A DNA stretch of 64,000 nucleotides, taken from Phoronis australis. Its lineage: Eukaryota; Animalia; Phoronida. The notes beneath the pieces are model-generated. The model saw only the letters and a list, made by a program, of their open reading frames with translations, did no database searches and had not been told where the DNA came from. The DNA is taken from assembly GCA_002633005.1 (NCBI GenBank), contig NMRA01000543.1:211188-275187 (forward strand), in the 5' to 3' direction. The translations under genes were made by a program, and so were the position numbers. This document shows positions 15,501 through 27,276 of the stretch, piece after piece. Positions within the stretch are counted from its first letter, which is position 1. Each line of letters opens with the position of its first letter.

Positions 15501-15798
15501 TCTACTGACACTTAGATAGTAAATTGAAAACAGTTCTACCTGAACTGGTTTGATAAAGCGGTCCCTGATTTTGAGAACCAGTTTCATCCACTGAATAATG
15601 GACCCTTTAATTTATTCAGTGATTGCCTTGCTCTCAAAATCAAGGACCGCTTTATCCGACCAGTGCTGTTCCATCGTCTGAGTTGGCTCAGCAACTGGCT
15701 TCGTAAATTATTGACTTACCGTCGTCTGATAAAGATTGGCCGATGCTTGAAAATCTATTTTTCTTGGCCTCTTGAGTTAAATTATTAACGTCAGTCAT
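562..15798 (-). CDS. CCDC81: Coiled-coil domain-containing protein 81 (N-terminal HU-like domains, centrosomal/ciliary); 13 core exons, about 738 aa
   Basis: Exons in transcription order: 15720-15798, 13190-13251, 12763-12919, 9555-9811, 9071-9150, 8098-8318, 4225-4414, 3075-3396, 2817-2924, 2424-2593, 2062-2140, 1199-1425, 562-826; all GT-AG with compatible phases (2217 nt including stop). Translation includes IWDGVSAYVEKQM..GVTVPGLGTFTFSQKKLDVGNGKFLVMQRPIF, LNFSALTLESPFDRD..KNVEFTFNGIGKLLIRNGRVKMRFFKEF, RPGTVDSV, GQELCYLCHQR and C-terminal HEQCDKYKRCAQCKR, matching remembered CCDC81 sequence. Confidence 0.93.
1856..1915 (-). CDS. Candidate 60-nt cassette exon of CCDC81 (IRLKHHYTINGLPPLDEARS)
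   Basis: Pyrimidine tract plus CAG acceptor, GTAAGT donor, phase 0-0, open frame, within the phase-0 intron 1426-2061. Confidence 0.55.
3555..3623 (-). CDS. Candidate 69-nt cassette exon of CCDC81 (KMEECKTDNWVTPCSSSVCSID)
   Basis: TTTTTCTGACGCTTTTCACTAG acceptor, AG|GTAC donor, phase 2-2, open frame, within the phase-2 intron 3397-4224. Confidence 0.5.
10155..12670. repeat. About 1.26-kb near-identical tandem duplication joined by a single N (11413); probable haplotype/assembly artefact
   Basis: 10155-11412 and 11414-12670 differ only by scattered substitutions and small indels; the junction is the N. Confidence 0.9.
13315..13367 (-). CDS. Candidate alternative (mutually exclusive) exon 2a of CCDC81
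   Basis: CTAACTCTCAG acceptor, CAG|GTAAGT donor, 53 nt, phase 1 to 0 like exon 2 (62 nt); encodes DSVSGDYMDKSVSMSSFQ. Confidence 0.4.
15178..15267. repeat. Short palindromic repeat family (GAACCAG...CTGGTTCTC core), copy 1
   Basis: TAATGGGCCCT...AGGGTCCATTA arms around GAACCAG/CTGGTTC. Confidence 0.55.
15552..15656. repeat. Short palindromic repeat family, copy 2
   Basis: GATAAAGCGGTCCCTGATTTTGAGA...TCTCAAAATCAAGGACCGCTTTATC inverted arms. Confidence 0.7.
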
Positions 15799-16366
15799 CG
15801 CGGCGTGTCCCTGATACACAAGGGAGATGTTTTAAACCTATACTGTTAAAAATTTACTCTTTCCAAGAGTAGCCCAATAAATAATACAGTGCACTTTATC
15901 CGTCCCTAGCTAGCTTGTGCACTGCTGTGTGTATGTCTCCAAGGAGATCACATGGACTAGCCGCGAATGACGTCAGACAAGATCCCCCTTCCATTATTAT
16001 AAATAACAAAAAATACAAATTTTGAATAATTTGGTACCTTATTTATACAAAAAATACTTAATAAATAATTAAAAGTAACTTTAATTTATTGAAAATGATA
16101 AAATTATTGTTAGTGTATAACCCAATGAGGTATAGCCTCATCTACACATTTTAATGAAGTTTAACAATAATTGACTTTGGATAGTTCACATTTTCACAAA
16201 TATGACCAATAATATGTTTTTTCTGAAATTTCACTTAAATAGTCTTATTTTTCTTATTTCTTTAAAATAGACTAATAATTTTAGAATTGAGAGTGTAAAC
16301 AAGACCTTGACCTTGGTGTAATAAAACGTGAAAGAGTGGAAAGAACACGAAGAGAAAGGTGCTAAA
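15799..16366. promoter_or_regulatory. Putative bidirectional promoter CCDC81/RPF2
   Basis: Divergent start codons 568 bp apart; perfect CRE palindrome TGACGTCA at 15968-15975; X-box-like imperfect palindrome GTCTCCAAGGAGAT at about 15935. Confidence 0.55.
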
Positions 16367-19300
16367 ATGGTTCTTCAGCGAATTGTGTAAGTGTATCCTC
16401 TGTTACGAACATGTTTATAATTTACTTATGAATATCACAGACACTTGAGAGTCTAAGTAATCCATCACCAGTTAAGCTGTTAACATGGTTAAGCTTTCCT
16501 TGTGTTGAAAATTTTATGGAGAATTACCCGAGCCGAGGCCGGGCTGTGTGAAATTTTAGTACCTGGCGGTATTTTGACGATAGTCTTCATACAGCTAGCT
16601 GGCATAATTTCACATAGCCCGGGTAGTTCTGATCATCATCTCCCTGTGAAACTTATATCAACATGTAGACCAAATGACCAGCGGGGTTGCATGCATAATT
16701 TGGAGTCGACTCACATTGAGGACCTTCCTCAGTCAGACAGTAGGCAATGACCATTGCCTCTGTTGGCCCGAACCAGAGGCGATGCAGAGGCTATAGGCGC
16801 TCTGTACGCTGGAAGCTTTTCGGCGAATTATGCCTCGCACCGACTAAACAATCAAAGTCACGTTGTTATAAATACCTTTTGCGCATAGAGAAACACCTTA
16901 GGAGGTTGTCGATGTGTTTAATTCCTTCCAACTCGAACAAATACTCCCGTTATGAAACCTTTTCTTCGAGCAGTCCCTATTTCAGTTCCCAAAATCGTGA
17001 AATCAACATTTTCGTTTTTTTAACCAGGCCGAAGGTCAGAATTTGCAGACCTACCGGCGAACTTTGAAAGCTGAAGTTCCCGCCCTTCGCGTACGTGCTG
17101 CCGGGAACCAGCCGTGCATTTGCCGTGTTGTTAAACATTAAAATGTCAAATATGTGCACAAAGACTATTAAATGTCATATCAACAGCATTTATTTTTATC
17201 AAATACAAACAATAATTCATTGAAATACAATCAGTTTCAAGTAACGCCAATTAAAGACAAGTATAAGTGGTGGCATTTTGGAAACGAACATTTGACTGAC
17301 AAGACCGCAATGGCTCACCTTTGGCCTATTTAAAGATTGAGGTCATGAAGTCACATCACCTAGCGAGCGCGGTAAAAATTGGAATGTGTGCAGTATAAAA
17401 ATGGTGAGTTCACGATTTTGGGAACTGAAATAGGGACTGCTCGAAGAAAAAGTTTGATAATGGGAGTATTTGTTCGAGTTGGAAGGAATTAAACACATCG
17501 ACAACCTCCTCAGGTGTTTCTCTATGCGCAAAAGGTATTTATAACAACGTAACTTTGATGGTTTAGTCGGTGCGAGGCATAATTCGCCGAAAAGCTTCCG
17601 GCGTACAGAGCGCCTATAGCCTCTGCATCGCCTCTGGTTCGGGCCAACAGAGGCGATGGTCATTGCCTACTTCCTCAGCTGCTTAAAGTTAAGGCTTAAG
17701 TGAAAACAATCTAATAAATGTCATTTTCGCGTGTAATTCTCTGTAGTTGTTTTGAAAACAGTTTGCTCGTGACATGCACATGCGCCATTTTCTAAACTTT
17801 TGCTACATGACTCAGGAGATGATGACAGCTTTTCAGAAGCAAAATTCGTCCTAAAATTTGGTTTGCCGATATTAAAACACTAAAAACTTGCAATGAAATG
17901 AAACCAGTTCCGATAATGTGTAGTGACATGTACGCAACCCCATGGAAGAGGAACAATTGATTGAAAAATTGACAAAAAAAGAAACTGGCCAATAGTTGAC
18001 ACAGTATTTCATGGTGCTGCAAAAGATCGCTCCACAACGTTAACAGCAAAATAACGTCATAATGCCAATTTTTCCAACACCAGTATAAAAATTCCATTTA
18101 CTCAAGGAAGAGTGCAGTTTTTAGTGACACTAATTTGAGGTCCGATTTTATTTGGTCAGTTTTTTACTCATATCTGCACACAGCTGTGCACTTAGTATAC
18201 AACTGTGCACTTAGGCTAAATCTAAGACTGAGATTACTGATCAGCTGCCGTGATTTTGCTGGTAGATTGCTAATCCTTCTGAGTAACTTGTCATTGTGAA
18301 AGTTATTGCTGGGAGTAAGCGAAAATTACTATGGTTGGTTGGTTGGTACACTGTGCAACCGTCGACTGGCCGCAGCAGAGAAGGTTTCCATCTCATAAGC
18401 CCTCTACACGTCGGAAGCGTTTTGGGGAATTAAGCCTCACACTGATTAAACCATTTGCTGCTATAAGTGCCTTTTGCTCATAGACGGACACCTTAGGAGG
18501 CTGTTAGTGTCTTTAACTTCTTCCCAGCTTGAACAAGTACTTCCACAATCAAACCTTTTTCGAGCATTACTTTGGTCACTTGCCCAAATTGGCAACTTGT
18601 CATATATGCATTGCTCGCGCTACGTGATACGACATGATATCGCCTTTTAATTGGTTGAAGGGGAGGGGGAGTGAAGTACAGGCCCTTCCACCACATACTT
18701 ACAAGCTCTTTATTATTCTTACTACTTGTGGATGCTGAAAAGCGATCAAGATTCCCCTCATTCTAAAGCGGCAATGAACGTGCCTTCCTGCACAAAAACA
18801 ACTTCGGTTTAAACCTGTACTTACTGTTGTGAAATTGGCTTCAAATCTTATCTTCAGTTTTTTAAAAGGGGTTCTACACAGTTTTAATTTATTGTTTTTT
18901 AATCTTTGTATGAATAATAGGTCTGTGGTGCAGTGTTTGTTGTCTCACAAATTTTCTAAAATTTGTTAACTAGAGAATTACTATCCATTTGGTGGAATCA
19001 CTTGTTTGTGTTTGATAAGAATATTTTGGAAATGACAGTTGGCTAGTCTGCCATTTTGCATGCTAACTGTACTTTGTATTGGTTGCAGCAAAGCTAAGAA
19101 TCAGAGAGTGAAGCGTGCCCTTGAAAAGAAAGAGCCTAAACTGTTTGAGAATGACAAGGTAGCCCTGTTCGTCAAAGGTGGTCACACCAGCGAGAGAGTG
19201 ACCAGCGCCCTGAAGGAGTTGTATCTGCTCAAGAAGCCTAATGCCACCATGTTTAAGAAGAAGAATATTATGCGTCCATTTGACGACCAGAGTTCACTGG

Positions 19301-22300
19301 TGAGTCTTTCTAAACAAGACCTGCATATCATTGTCATCTTTGTCTGGCAGCCGGATGGCTTGCTATCTGACGTGTGTTTACAGCCATATCTTCTAAACTC
19401 TGCACGAACTTCATAAATTTAGCCTGGTGTGTTACCACAGAGGTGATGATGGAAGACAAATCTGACCATTGCCATGCCTCCAGTAGAAATTTAATGTTTT
19501 TACGTTTGTCTCGTTATCCATTGGTGAATTTTCACTAAATTTATCATTTTGTAGAGCACTTGTATGAATTTGTTTGTTTTGTCTTTTGTTGCACATGCTC
19601 TTGTTGAGTGTGTGTTTGTCACAGTGTTCTGTGCAGCAGAAAGTTCAAATTAGACTGGATTAACAGAATTCATGAACTTTTTCGAAAGTCCATATCCATA
19701 CTGCGAGGAGTTACTGTGTTAAGTCTTAAAATAAATGTATTGAGCTGGTACCAAAAGTCCAAAATGTCCTAATTTGCTCTAGAAATAAGCTAATCTCTCA
19801 ATACTTTCAAATTCATTGCATAGGTCAGTGTTTTCAAACTTGACTCCAGTAAGCCAAACTCGTTGTGACAAAATTCATACTCGATATAGTGACAAGTCAT
19901 AACAGGTTGTGGAGAACACTCGCTCAGTTGTTCGTCAACATGGCTTCCACCTGCCAGATGTTTTAATCAGTATACACGGGCAATGCCATCTTCATGACTA
20001 AGTAGATAGTTGAATGTCAATGAAAACTGTTGTTCCAGCATCTTTTACTGAAGCCTTCATACTACCTCTTATCATTGAAACGTGAGCCCTTCGCACCAAG
20101 CTAGTTTCTTTCAATGCAGTTGACAATTGTGAATGTCAGTATTATAGAATGCATTAAAAAGTTCAAGATATTAAAATTCAGAAACTAAATGTATAACTTA
20201 AACATGGTATTTCCAAAAAATTGGAATACAGTCACCTTTCTATTGTCTCATGATATTTATCTAAGCTTGAATTAATTTTCTAACTTTCAGGAATTTTTCT
20301 CACAGAAAGCTGACAGCTCTCTGTTTTTGTTTGGTTCCCATTCAAAAAAGAGACCCCACAACCTTGTGTTAGGTAAGTTGATAGTCATGTATGCTATGTC
20401 TCGCCAGTTCTGGACAAAAATGACTGCTCATAAAATTTGTCCTGTTTCATTTTTCAAAGACTTCTGACGTTATTGTGAATGCCCAGTTTCTCAAAACGTT
20501 GTTTGACGTTACTAGTTTGCTTGAAAAAGAACGTAAAATTGCAAAGCACCTTATGTTTTGTGCTAAGCAGGTGAGATTTTTCTCTACCTTATTCAGGGAT
20601 GTAGGTACCTTATACACATGTTGTGTGTTCTATACATTTAAGTAGAATGGCAGCATTTTCATCTGATTAAACAAATGCTGTATATTCAATCCAGAATGCC
20701 CAACACAAATGTCATACACACAAATGGCCTCATTTTCGGCACCCTGCTAAAGTGTAGCTGCATACCTGTCAAAAGGTCTCTTCACTCCCCTGTCTCTGAT
20801 TAGATAAAGTAAGTCCTTCACAACCCATCACGCCCATTTTTTGCCAGTTACTAACTATAACAGTTGATAAGAGTCTTTTCAACTCCCCTGGATAGAACGC
20901 TATAGCTGTTTAGGTGACGTCAGAATTAGTTACCATGAACTCCGCATTCCAGGCAATTCTTGTTATGTCCCATAGTACAAACAGGTCACGTTAAAGGCAA
21001 TAAATTCATGTATTTGAGACCAGACCCAAAACAGGATTGGAACTCACGATCTCAGCTGTCACTAGTAGAGGTGAAAGCCAACGTGGCAAGTAACTAAATA
21101 TTACAAGCGTATTTAACTTTTGAAGTCATTGGCCATGATTTCAGTTAATTCTACTAGAAGCTGGAAGCCACCATCCGTACTCCATCATTTGTAAACAGTA
21201 ATGCAATATCAAAAACAACGAGTTCAGTTGCTTTTTGGCTCTGGTCAATGCTAATAAGTTCAGGAAGTTCATCCAAAAATACCATTTTTGCCCTTAAACT
21301 GGAGTGTGCCTTTTAATTTGTGGATTATGGCTATTCATGTAATGTTTTGTCTCCATATTTTAAGGTTGTTGGTTCCTCATTGACTTTGTAATTGTAGGTC
21401 GAATGTTCAATCATCAAATATTGGACATGGTGGAGCTAGGAATAGACAGGTACACATCGATGCAGGAATTTGAAGTAAGTTTTCATTCTTTCATGTTTGG
21501 GAACAATATGAGAACCTTATTTCTTATTGAATGATTCTTGTCTTCGCAAATTTAGTAGTTTCCATGCAATTTTTCGACTCTCCCTTTAATTAGACTTGTT
21601 TTTATATTTTTATATTTTGCACTTTCGATTTTTTCACAAAACTGCTGGTAGTTTCTGTTGTCTTCTGATAATTTACTCATAGAATTGATGTATTATTCAA
21701 AGTTAAAAAAGATATGTTACAGAGTACGTGGCGAGTCAGCATTCTCCAAAAAGAAGTGTAAACTCTACTGGAATTGCAAAATTCATGTTCGAAAGTCCAT
21801 GTCAATACTTTGGGGAGTTGAAATGAATTCACTACAGTGTTCTCCACAACAGAAACTTCCAGTTTGACTGGAATTACAACATTCATGTCCATACTGTGCA
21901 GAGTTTGTGTGTTAAGTGTTGGAATAATGCATAGGACTGGTACCAAAAGGCCAAAATGTCCTTATCTCCCAAAACTGAGAACTCGTTGCATCGGTTTTCA
22001 AACTCGACGCAAGGAAGCTAGACATGTCATGGCAAAATTCAAACTTGACGGAGTGATGAGTCAAGACAGATCGTGGAGAAAACTGCGCTGAAGTACCAAA
22101 GGTCCAAAATACCCAAATTTACTTATCACCCAAGACTTCAAACTGGCTGCATAGGTTTTCAAGCCCGACACATGTAAGTCAAACTTGCCACCACAAAATT
22201 CAAAGCTGACGCAATGGCAAGTTGTGGAGAGCACTGAAATACCATCTCCTTGTCATGATGGTGAATCCTGTCAGCATGGAAATCGACTGGTATTGGCTAC

Positions 22301-25300
22301 GGTGGGGGCAAAATGTAAGGTACAGAAAGGCGTAGCCACCTTGCTAACCTAGCTCTTCATTCCCCTTCATTCTCCGTCATGAGGGAAGGGCACTCTGCCG
22401 ATGGCTTCCACCCAGGTGTCATGACGGGGAATTATGGGTCATTTTCTCTGTGACTACTCTCGGTATGTACTGTAAACACAGTTTCACCATGTTGTTTAAA
22501 TGGTTTGTATTGCAGTCATTTCTTGTTGTAGAGTGTTAAGTGTTCTTTGGGAACCAAGCCATGTCTAGTGTTTTCTGGAGAACCCTTCGACACGGACCAT
22601 GAATACAGAAGACTTAAGAATATGCTAATCGGTGAGTTGGCTGTAGAGTTTGTTAACTGAATGGTCTTTGCTAATGGACAAACACTGATAATTTATACTG
22701 CATTCACTCAAGTTAAATCGCAGGGCATAGAGATGTGCCTTTGTGTCATGCGTCGAGATTATTAAAACTTTCCAATTGATGCATATTACCGCAAAATTCT
22801 ATCATCAGGAGTCAAAAAATCAATGCTATTTTTCAATGCCTGAGCTTATAACGAATTTTAGAAGTAGGCGACAATGGCTGTCACTAAGTAAAGAATTATT
22901 ATCAATGTCAAACGATCATTCACCTTGATGTTGCACACTTAGTGGACGCATGAAACCGTTGAGTCGCTGGGTGTCAGCTTTTTTCAATCATATGATCTGC
23001 CGTGTCTAATTTCTGACTCTGTTGATTCAAAGCGTGCTTATATTTGAAAAGTATGATTCATTCACCTAAATCTCCCTTCACCCAGGTTTCAGAACCAAGA
23101 AATTTCAATTTCGGCTAGAATTTCTGCGCCCCAAATTTTAGAAATCGTTTCAAATGAGAGAATTTTTACTGTGTATGCAGAGGCCTAGGAAAGCAGCAAC
23201 TAATGTTGAAAGTATTTATCCAAGATGACCAGGGATTCTGGGGTCATCATTATAAATGGTTGCATTACCCTTTAGCACATAAGGTGTTACATTTGTGTAA
23301 CTTGAGTTCACCCAATGAACAGATTGAATATCTGTAGTGATTCTTAATATTTTTAAATTTTTTTCACGGCTATAAATATATAGTCTTGGAAATACTGCTA
23401 TGAGTACACTCTTTATGAACAATTACAGTCACTTACAGGGGTCCAGGATTTTAAGAACTTGTTATTCAATGAGGAAAACTGGTTCTTTAAATTCAGGACC
23501 CTTGTATAAAAACTAAGTGATTTTTAGTGTTTATGTTAATACCTGGATGTGTGCTTAGAAAATGTTTAAGCAGACTTGCCAAATGTAATCAGATGAAGTG
23601 ACCCAGAATTCTGTCATCATGTTTGGGCGTAAATAGAAATGGCTCTGTATACTTGAAAGTATGCTGCTATAACAAGTCTGCCAGTCGTTTGTGCTTAAAG
23701 CAGCACAAACAGTCATGAGTGGCAATCAGCAGTTTATCGATTACTTTGACACATGAAAAAGCTCTGTGACCAATTCTCCAGTCTCATTTTCCTTTGTAGA
23801 TTTCTTCCGTGGTCCGGTTGTGGAGAATATCCGACTGGCTGGTCTAGAGCACGTTCTTACATTCACAGCCATAGATGGGAAAGTCTTACTTCGCAGCTAC
23901 AGGTGAATATTCAACACCTAAAACGTTTCTTTGTCACATCTTGGCCTTGCATCAGTCAAAGTAGAATTTCTGACGTTTTCCAAAAAATTAGTTCTTTTCA
24001 GTTCACAAGCATGGACTTCTGCAGCCAAAGCTTAATCGCAGGCATTAATCAATGGAAATGCAGTGTTACTTTCAATGTTTTTACTTATTAAACTAATACA
24101 CATAATCACCTCCTGAAGTACTGCAGCGTCCTCTATGATTTTGCAGTATTTACCCACAATGCTTTGCTTCCATGGGGCATTTGTCTCACAGTTGAACACT
24201 GTTGCCCTGCTAATAAATATTTTAGAATGTCTTCGAATTTGTCATTTTGATGTAAATAAAGTTTTTCTGTTGCATAGTGAGTTGCGCTGCAGACATACAA
24301 ATTTTGAAAAGCTGAATGAGGTGCAAAAAATGTTCTTCACTTGCCCGACTTGGCTTTAAAGTGCATTTTGAAAACCAGTTGGTATTTTCATCTGAGAGAT
24401 GGCCCTACAAATTGCGAGTTAATTTTGCTAATTGTTATCTCAACTCTCACGTTCTCATACAACTTTAGGCACCAGCTATTTTGAAATTGGCACGAATGGC
24501 GAAAACGGTAGCAGTCAGTTTAAGTCGAGCAGTTGTGATATCCACAAAGAGGTCATTTTTACCTGCACTTAAGTTTGTCACCTCCCGTATCATTTTTAAA
24601 GCAGGAATGAGTGTTAACATGTTCTCTCTCTGCAATTTATTCATTAATGCAACCATTCCTTGTACATAGTTTTGTGGTTTGGCAACCACAGCAAAATGAC
24701 TATTACTCATTCATGTTACTTGTTTTCACTGCTAGCCAAATTGCTTTGGTTTTAGCCTCTATGTGACAAAAGCCATAAGTTTCACCTAATTTTATTCACC
24801 TCTGTCAGTTCATTCAAGTAGTTGTTCAATCCTTACTTTTGTCAGACTACAGATGAAGAAGTCAGGCAGTAGGACACCTCGCATTGAACTAGAAGAGATG
24901 GGACCGTCGCTGGATCTCAGTGTACGCAGGACACGGATGGCATCTGATGATCTATATAAACGAGCGTGCAAAGTTCCTAAAGCAGCCAAGGTGTGTATCA
25001 GAAATAAATTATTGCGGGAGACTGCAATAGAATACGGGTATAATTCTTATTTCTTAATTATAGTTTATTAAGCACCCATAAACAACTACTGTGTACTTCA
25101 ATAAGTAAGCACAGCCTTTATGGGTCTTCCCGTGGCAATGTCTAATGAGAGACAGAGTTCGGGACCATTACACTGTGCATATTGTCTTGTTATGTGATGT
25201 TTATACGAAGCCTGTAATATTGACTATTTGTGCTCTCCTCACTGCCATGAGCCTGGGTCATCTTACATCAACTGGTGCCCGAAGCGCGATCAGTCTGCCG

Positions 25301-25862
25301 CCAGAGCAAATGTCTATCAAGGCTATTAAAAATAAATAGAACGTCATACTTCACAAAACTTATCTCAGGGGAAATTTGTTGCCCAGATACTGATTTCAAG
25401 TATCCAATTCATGTAGTTGTAGTGTTTTTACTCTTTAAAATTATCAAAAAAAAGGGTCAGAAGTGTCAGTTTTTGATTTTCTCAGATTTTTTTGCTTTAC
25501 TGAACATGGATTTAATATTTGACATAATTAGACATAAAAATTCATTTATCCAACAATACGTTCACATTAGGTTGACTAATAACCTATAAGTAATCTGGTT
25601 TCTGTAAACTTTTTTCCGAATCCAGTGATTGTACTGGTTTAATTTTGAAAAGAACCTTACGTGCTTCTATTTATTGTAGATTGGTAAAAAGAAGAACATA
25701 TCTATGGATGCGTTTGGCACAAAACACGGGAGAATACATATGCAGAAACAAGATCTTGGTAAACTACAAACTAGAAAGATGAAGGGACTGAAAAGACTGA
25801 ACAAAAAAGCTGGTGAAATTGGCAACAAGACCAACAAGCAGCCACAAGCTGAGACTGAATAG
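16367..25862 (+). CDS. RPF2: Ribosome production factor 2 homolog (Brix domain); 8 exons, 306 aa
   Basis: Exons 16367-16386, 19089-19299, 20291-20372, 21398-21474, 22532-22631, 23800-23902, 24846-24990, 25680-25862; GT-AG, phases consistent (921 nt). Motifs [117 protein letters not shown] at 26131. Confidence 0.97.
16741..17669. mobile_element. Non-autonomous foldback DNA transposon (MULE-like) with about 261-bp terminal inverted repeats, in RPF2 intron 1
   Basis: Left arm 16741-17001 (TAGGCAATGACCATTGCCTCTGTTGGCCCGAACC...) is the near-perfect reverse complement of 17409-17669; about 400-bp non-coding spacer. CTTCCTCAG follows the right end and also occurs 8 bp before the left end. Confidence 0.88.
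19622..19921. mobile_element. Second degenerate copy of the CAGTGTTCT-TIR element
   Basis: Starts CAGTGTTCTG, ends GTTGTGGAGAACACT, shares GGTACCAAAAGTCCAAAATGTCCT and TGCATAGG..GTTTTCAAAC with 21835-22236. Confidence 0.55.
21835..22236. mobile_element. Degenerate TIR element (CAGTGTTCTCCACAAC...GTTGTGGAGAGCACTG), hAT-like ends, with internal partial duplication
   Basis: 16-bp imperfect TIRs; internal GTACCAAA..CCAAAAT and GTTTTCAA blocks occur twice and are shared with the copy at 19622-19921; the same terminus is at about 14800. No target duplication seen. Confidence 0.6.
23427..23520. repeat. Short palindromic repeat family, copy 3
   Basis: AGTCACTTACAGGGGTCC..AAGAAC...CTGGTTCTT..GGACCCTTGTA. 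Confidence 0.6.
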
Positions 25863-26221
25863 ACGTCCAACCTTTGGATGAAACCATAACATTTTAGCGG
25901 TTGGCTTTACATCTCCTGAAATTAGTGATATATGGATGTAATCCATGTACTTGTTACGATTCGCAAATGGTGGTGGATTGACAGCTTTTATGTTTGACTG
26001 ACACCTGTCTGATAAATGTAACATTACTGCGCAGTAAGTTTGACTCTGAGTGAATTCGGTGTTATAAAATGTAAGTTGTAACGAAAACGACTTACCATCA
26101 ATGAATGCTGTTCTTGAAAACAATACGACAAATAAAACATTAAAAACTTGGATTTTGATTTTATGTACTCATTAATTACCGAGACACTAAATCTAATCTT
26201 TTGTTGCACAATCTTGTCTTT

Positions 26222-27276
26222 TTATCTTAGCAGTAAATATTTTAAGTGGAGATAATCCTTCAAAACATTTGGCAGGGGCAGTTTCTCAGTAAGGCAACAT
26301 ATTGTTATTCCCCTAGATTTTTTTAGTAAGATCTGACGGATCTTCAAGGAGCAAGAGTCTTTTAAACTCCTTGGAATTTTTGAAAGATTCGCCAACCAAT
26401 GAAATGTCTCTTCATCGTCGACCTTTCGCGTACCTCTCATCTCGGTAGGGTGACTCAAATATCGGACACTGACGGGTACCTGTGCTCCTGCGGCTGTAAG
26501 TTGCTCAACAATGTCTCTGTTTGCACCTTGGTCTATGGCTAGAGTTATAGGACACATTGAAGATGAATTGAGTTGGTGAGTTGGATCAGCACCATGTTGC
26601 AACAACACCGTCATCGCTTGTTTGGCCCCAGAATTGGTGGCGAGACAGAGTGGGCTGGCACCATCCATTTGTACAACGTCAAGCTTGGCTCTGTAGCGAA
26701 TCAACAAACGAACTATTTTGTGGTGCCCATGAATGGAAGCCACATGAAGAGGGGTGATGCCATGGTGATCTGATTGGTTGACGTTGCATGTTTTTGATGC
26801 GAGAATCGTCTCCACGATATCGTAGTTTCCTGAATCGACCGCGTGCCACAAAGCTGTACAGCCAAGTTCATCTTGCAGTGAGAGATTGGCTCCTCCCTTT
26901 ACGAGTGCTTTAACAATTTCGAGATCACCGCAGCATATTGCGCGAAACAGATTGCTTTTATCCAGACACGCTAGTGATTGTTGATGACTGAAAGGTCTCA
27001 GCGCACTACCAACTTTATTAACATCACAATGCTTGTGTACCAGATATTTGACTATGTTTGTCCTACGTTCATCAACAGCCAGTTGAAGAAGGGTTCTATT
27101 GTCATTGAAAACATGATCAACAGTGACATTGTGGAGATCAAGACACTTGTCTAGAGCTGTGGTGTCTTCATTTAAGATGGCCGCAGTCAGCTCTGTCTCC
27201 ATCCTCCAAGACATGTCTCTCTTTAGAATATTTTGATCCAGTATGCAAGCAGCTTCTGTTGAGCGTAAAATTTCAT
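26222..27276 (-). CDS. Ankyrin repeat and SOCS box-containing protein (ASB-like E3 ligase substrate adaptor); whole ANK+SOCS region in one exon
   Basis: ORF 26222-27214 (330 aa) has several ankyrin repeats (NRTLLQLAV, GCTALWHAV, GITPLHVASIHGH, GASPLCLAT) and a C-terminal SOCS box (PRSLKDSCSLKIRQIL...LPLPNVLKDYL). The frame stays open upstream to a TTTCAG acceptor (exon starts 27276, phase 1), so an upstream exon probably exists. Confidence 0.9.

Noticed and set aside
16747-17663. Two near-identical 106-aa ORFs on opposite strands ([12 protein letters not shown]...)
   Set aside because: They simply read through the two TIR arms of the foldback element; no transposase motifs.
18330-18720. (TTGG)n tract next to a GC-richer segment, possible retroelement 3' tail
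   Set aside because: Single copy in the window, no ORF or target duplication found; not supportable without a repeat search.
19443-19465. GTGATGA...CTGA box C/D-like pair in an RPF2 intron
   Set aside because: Boxes are only about 12 nt apart, too short for a snoRNA; a covariance-model search would be needed to find real intronic snoRNAs.
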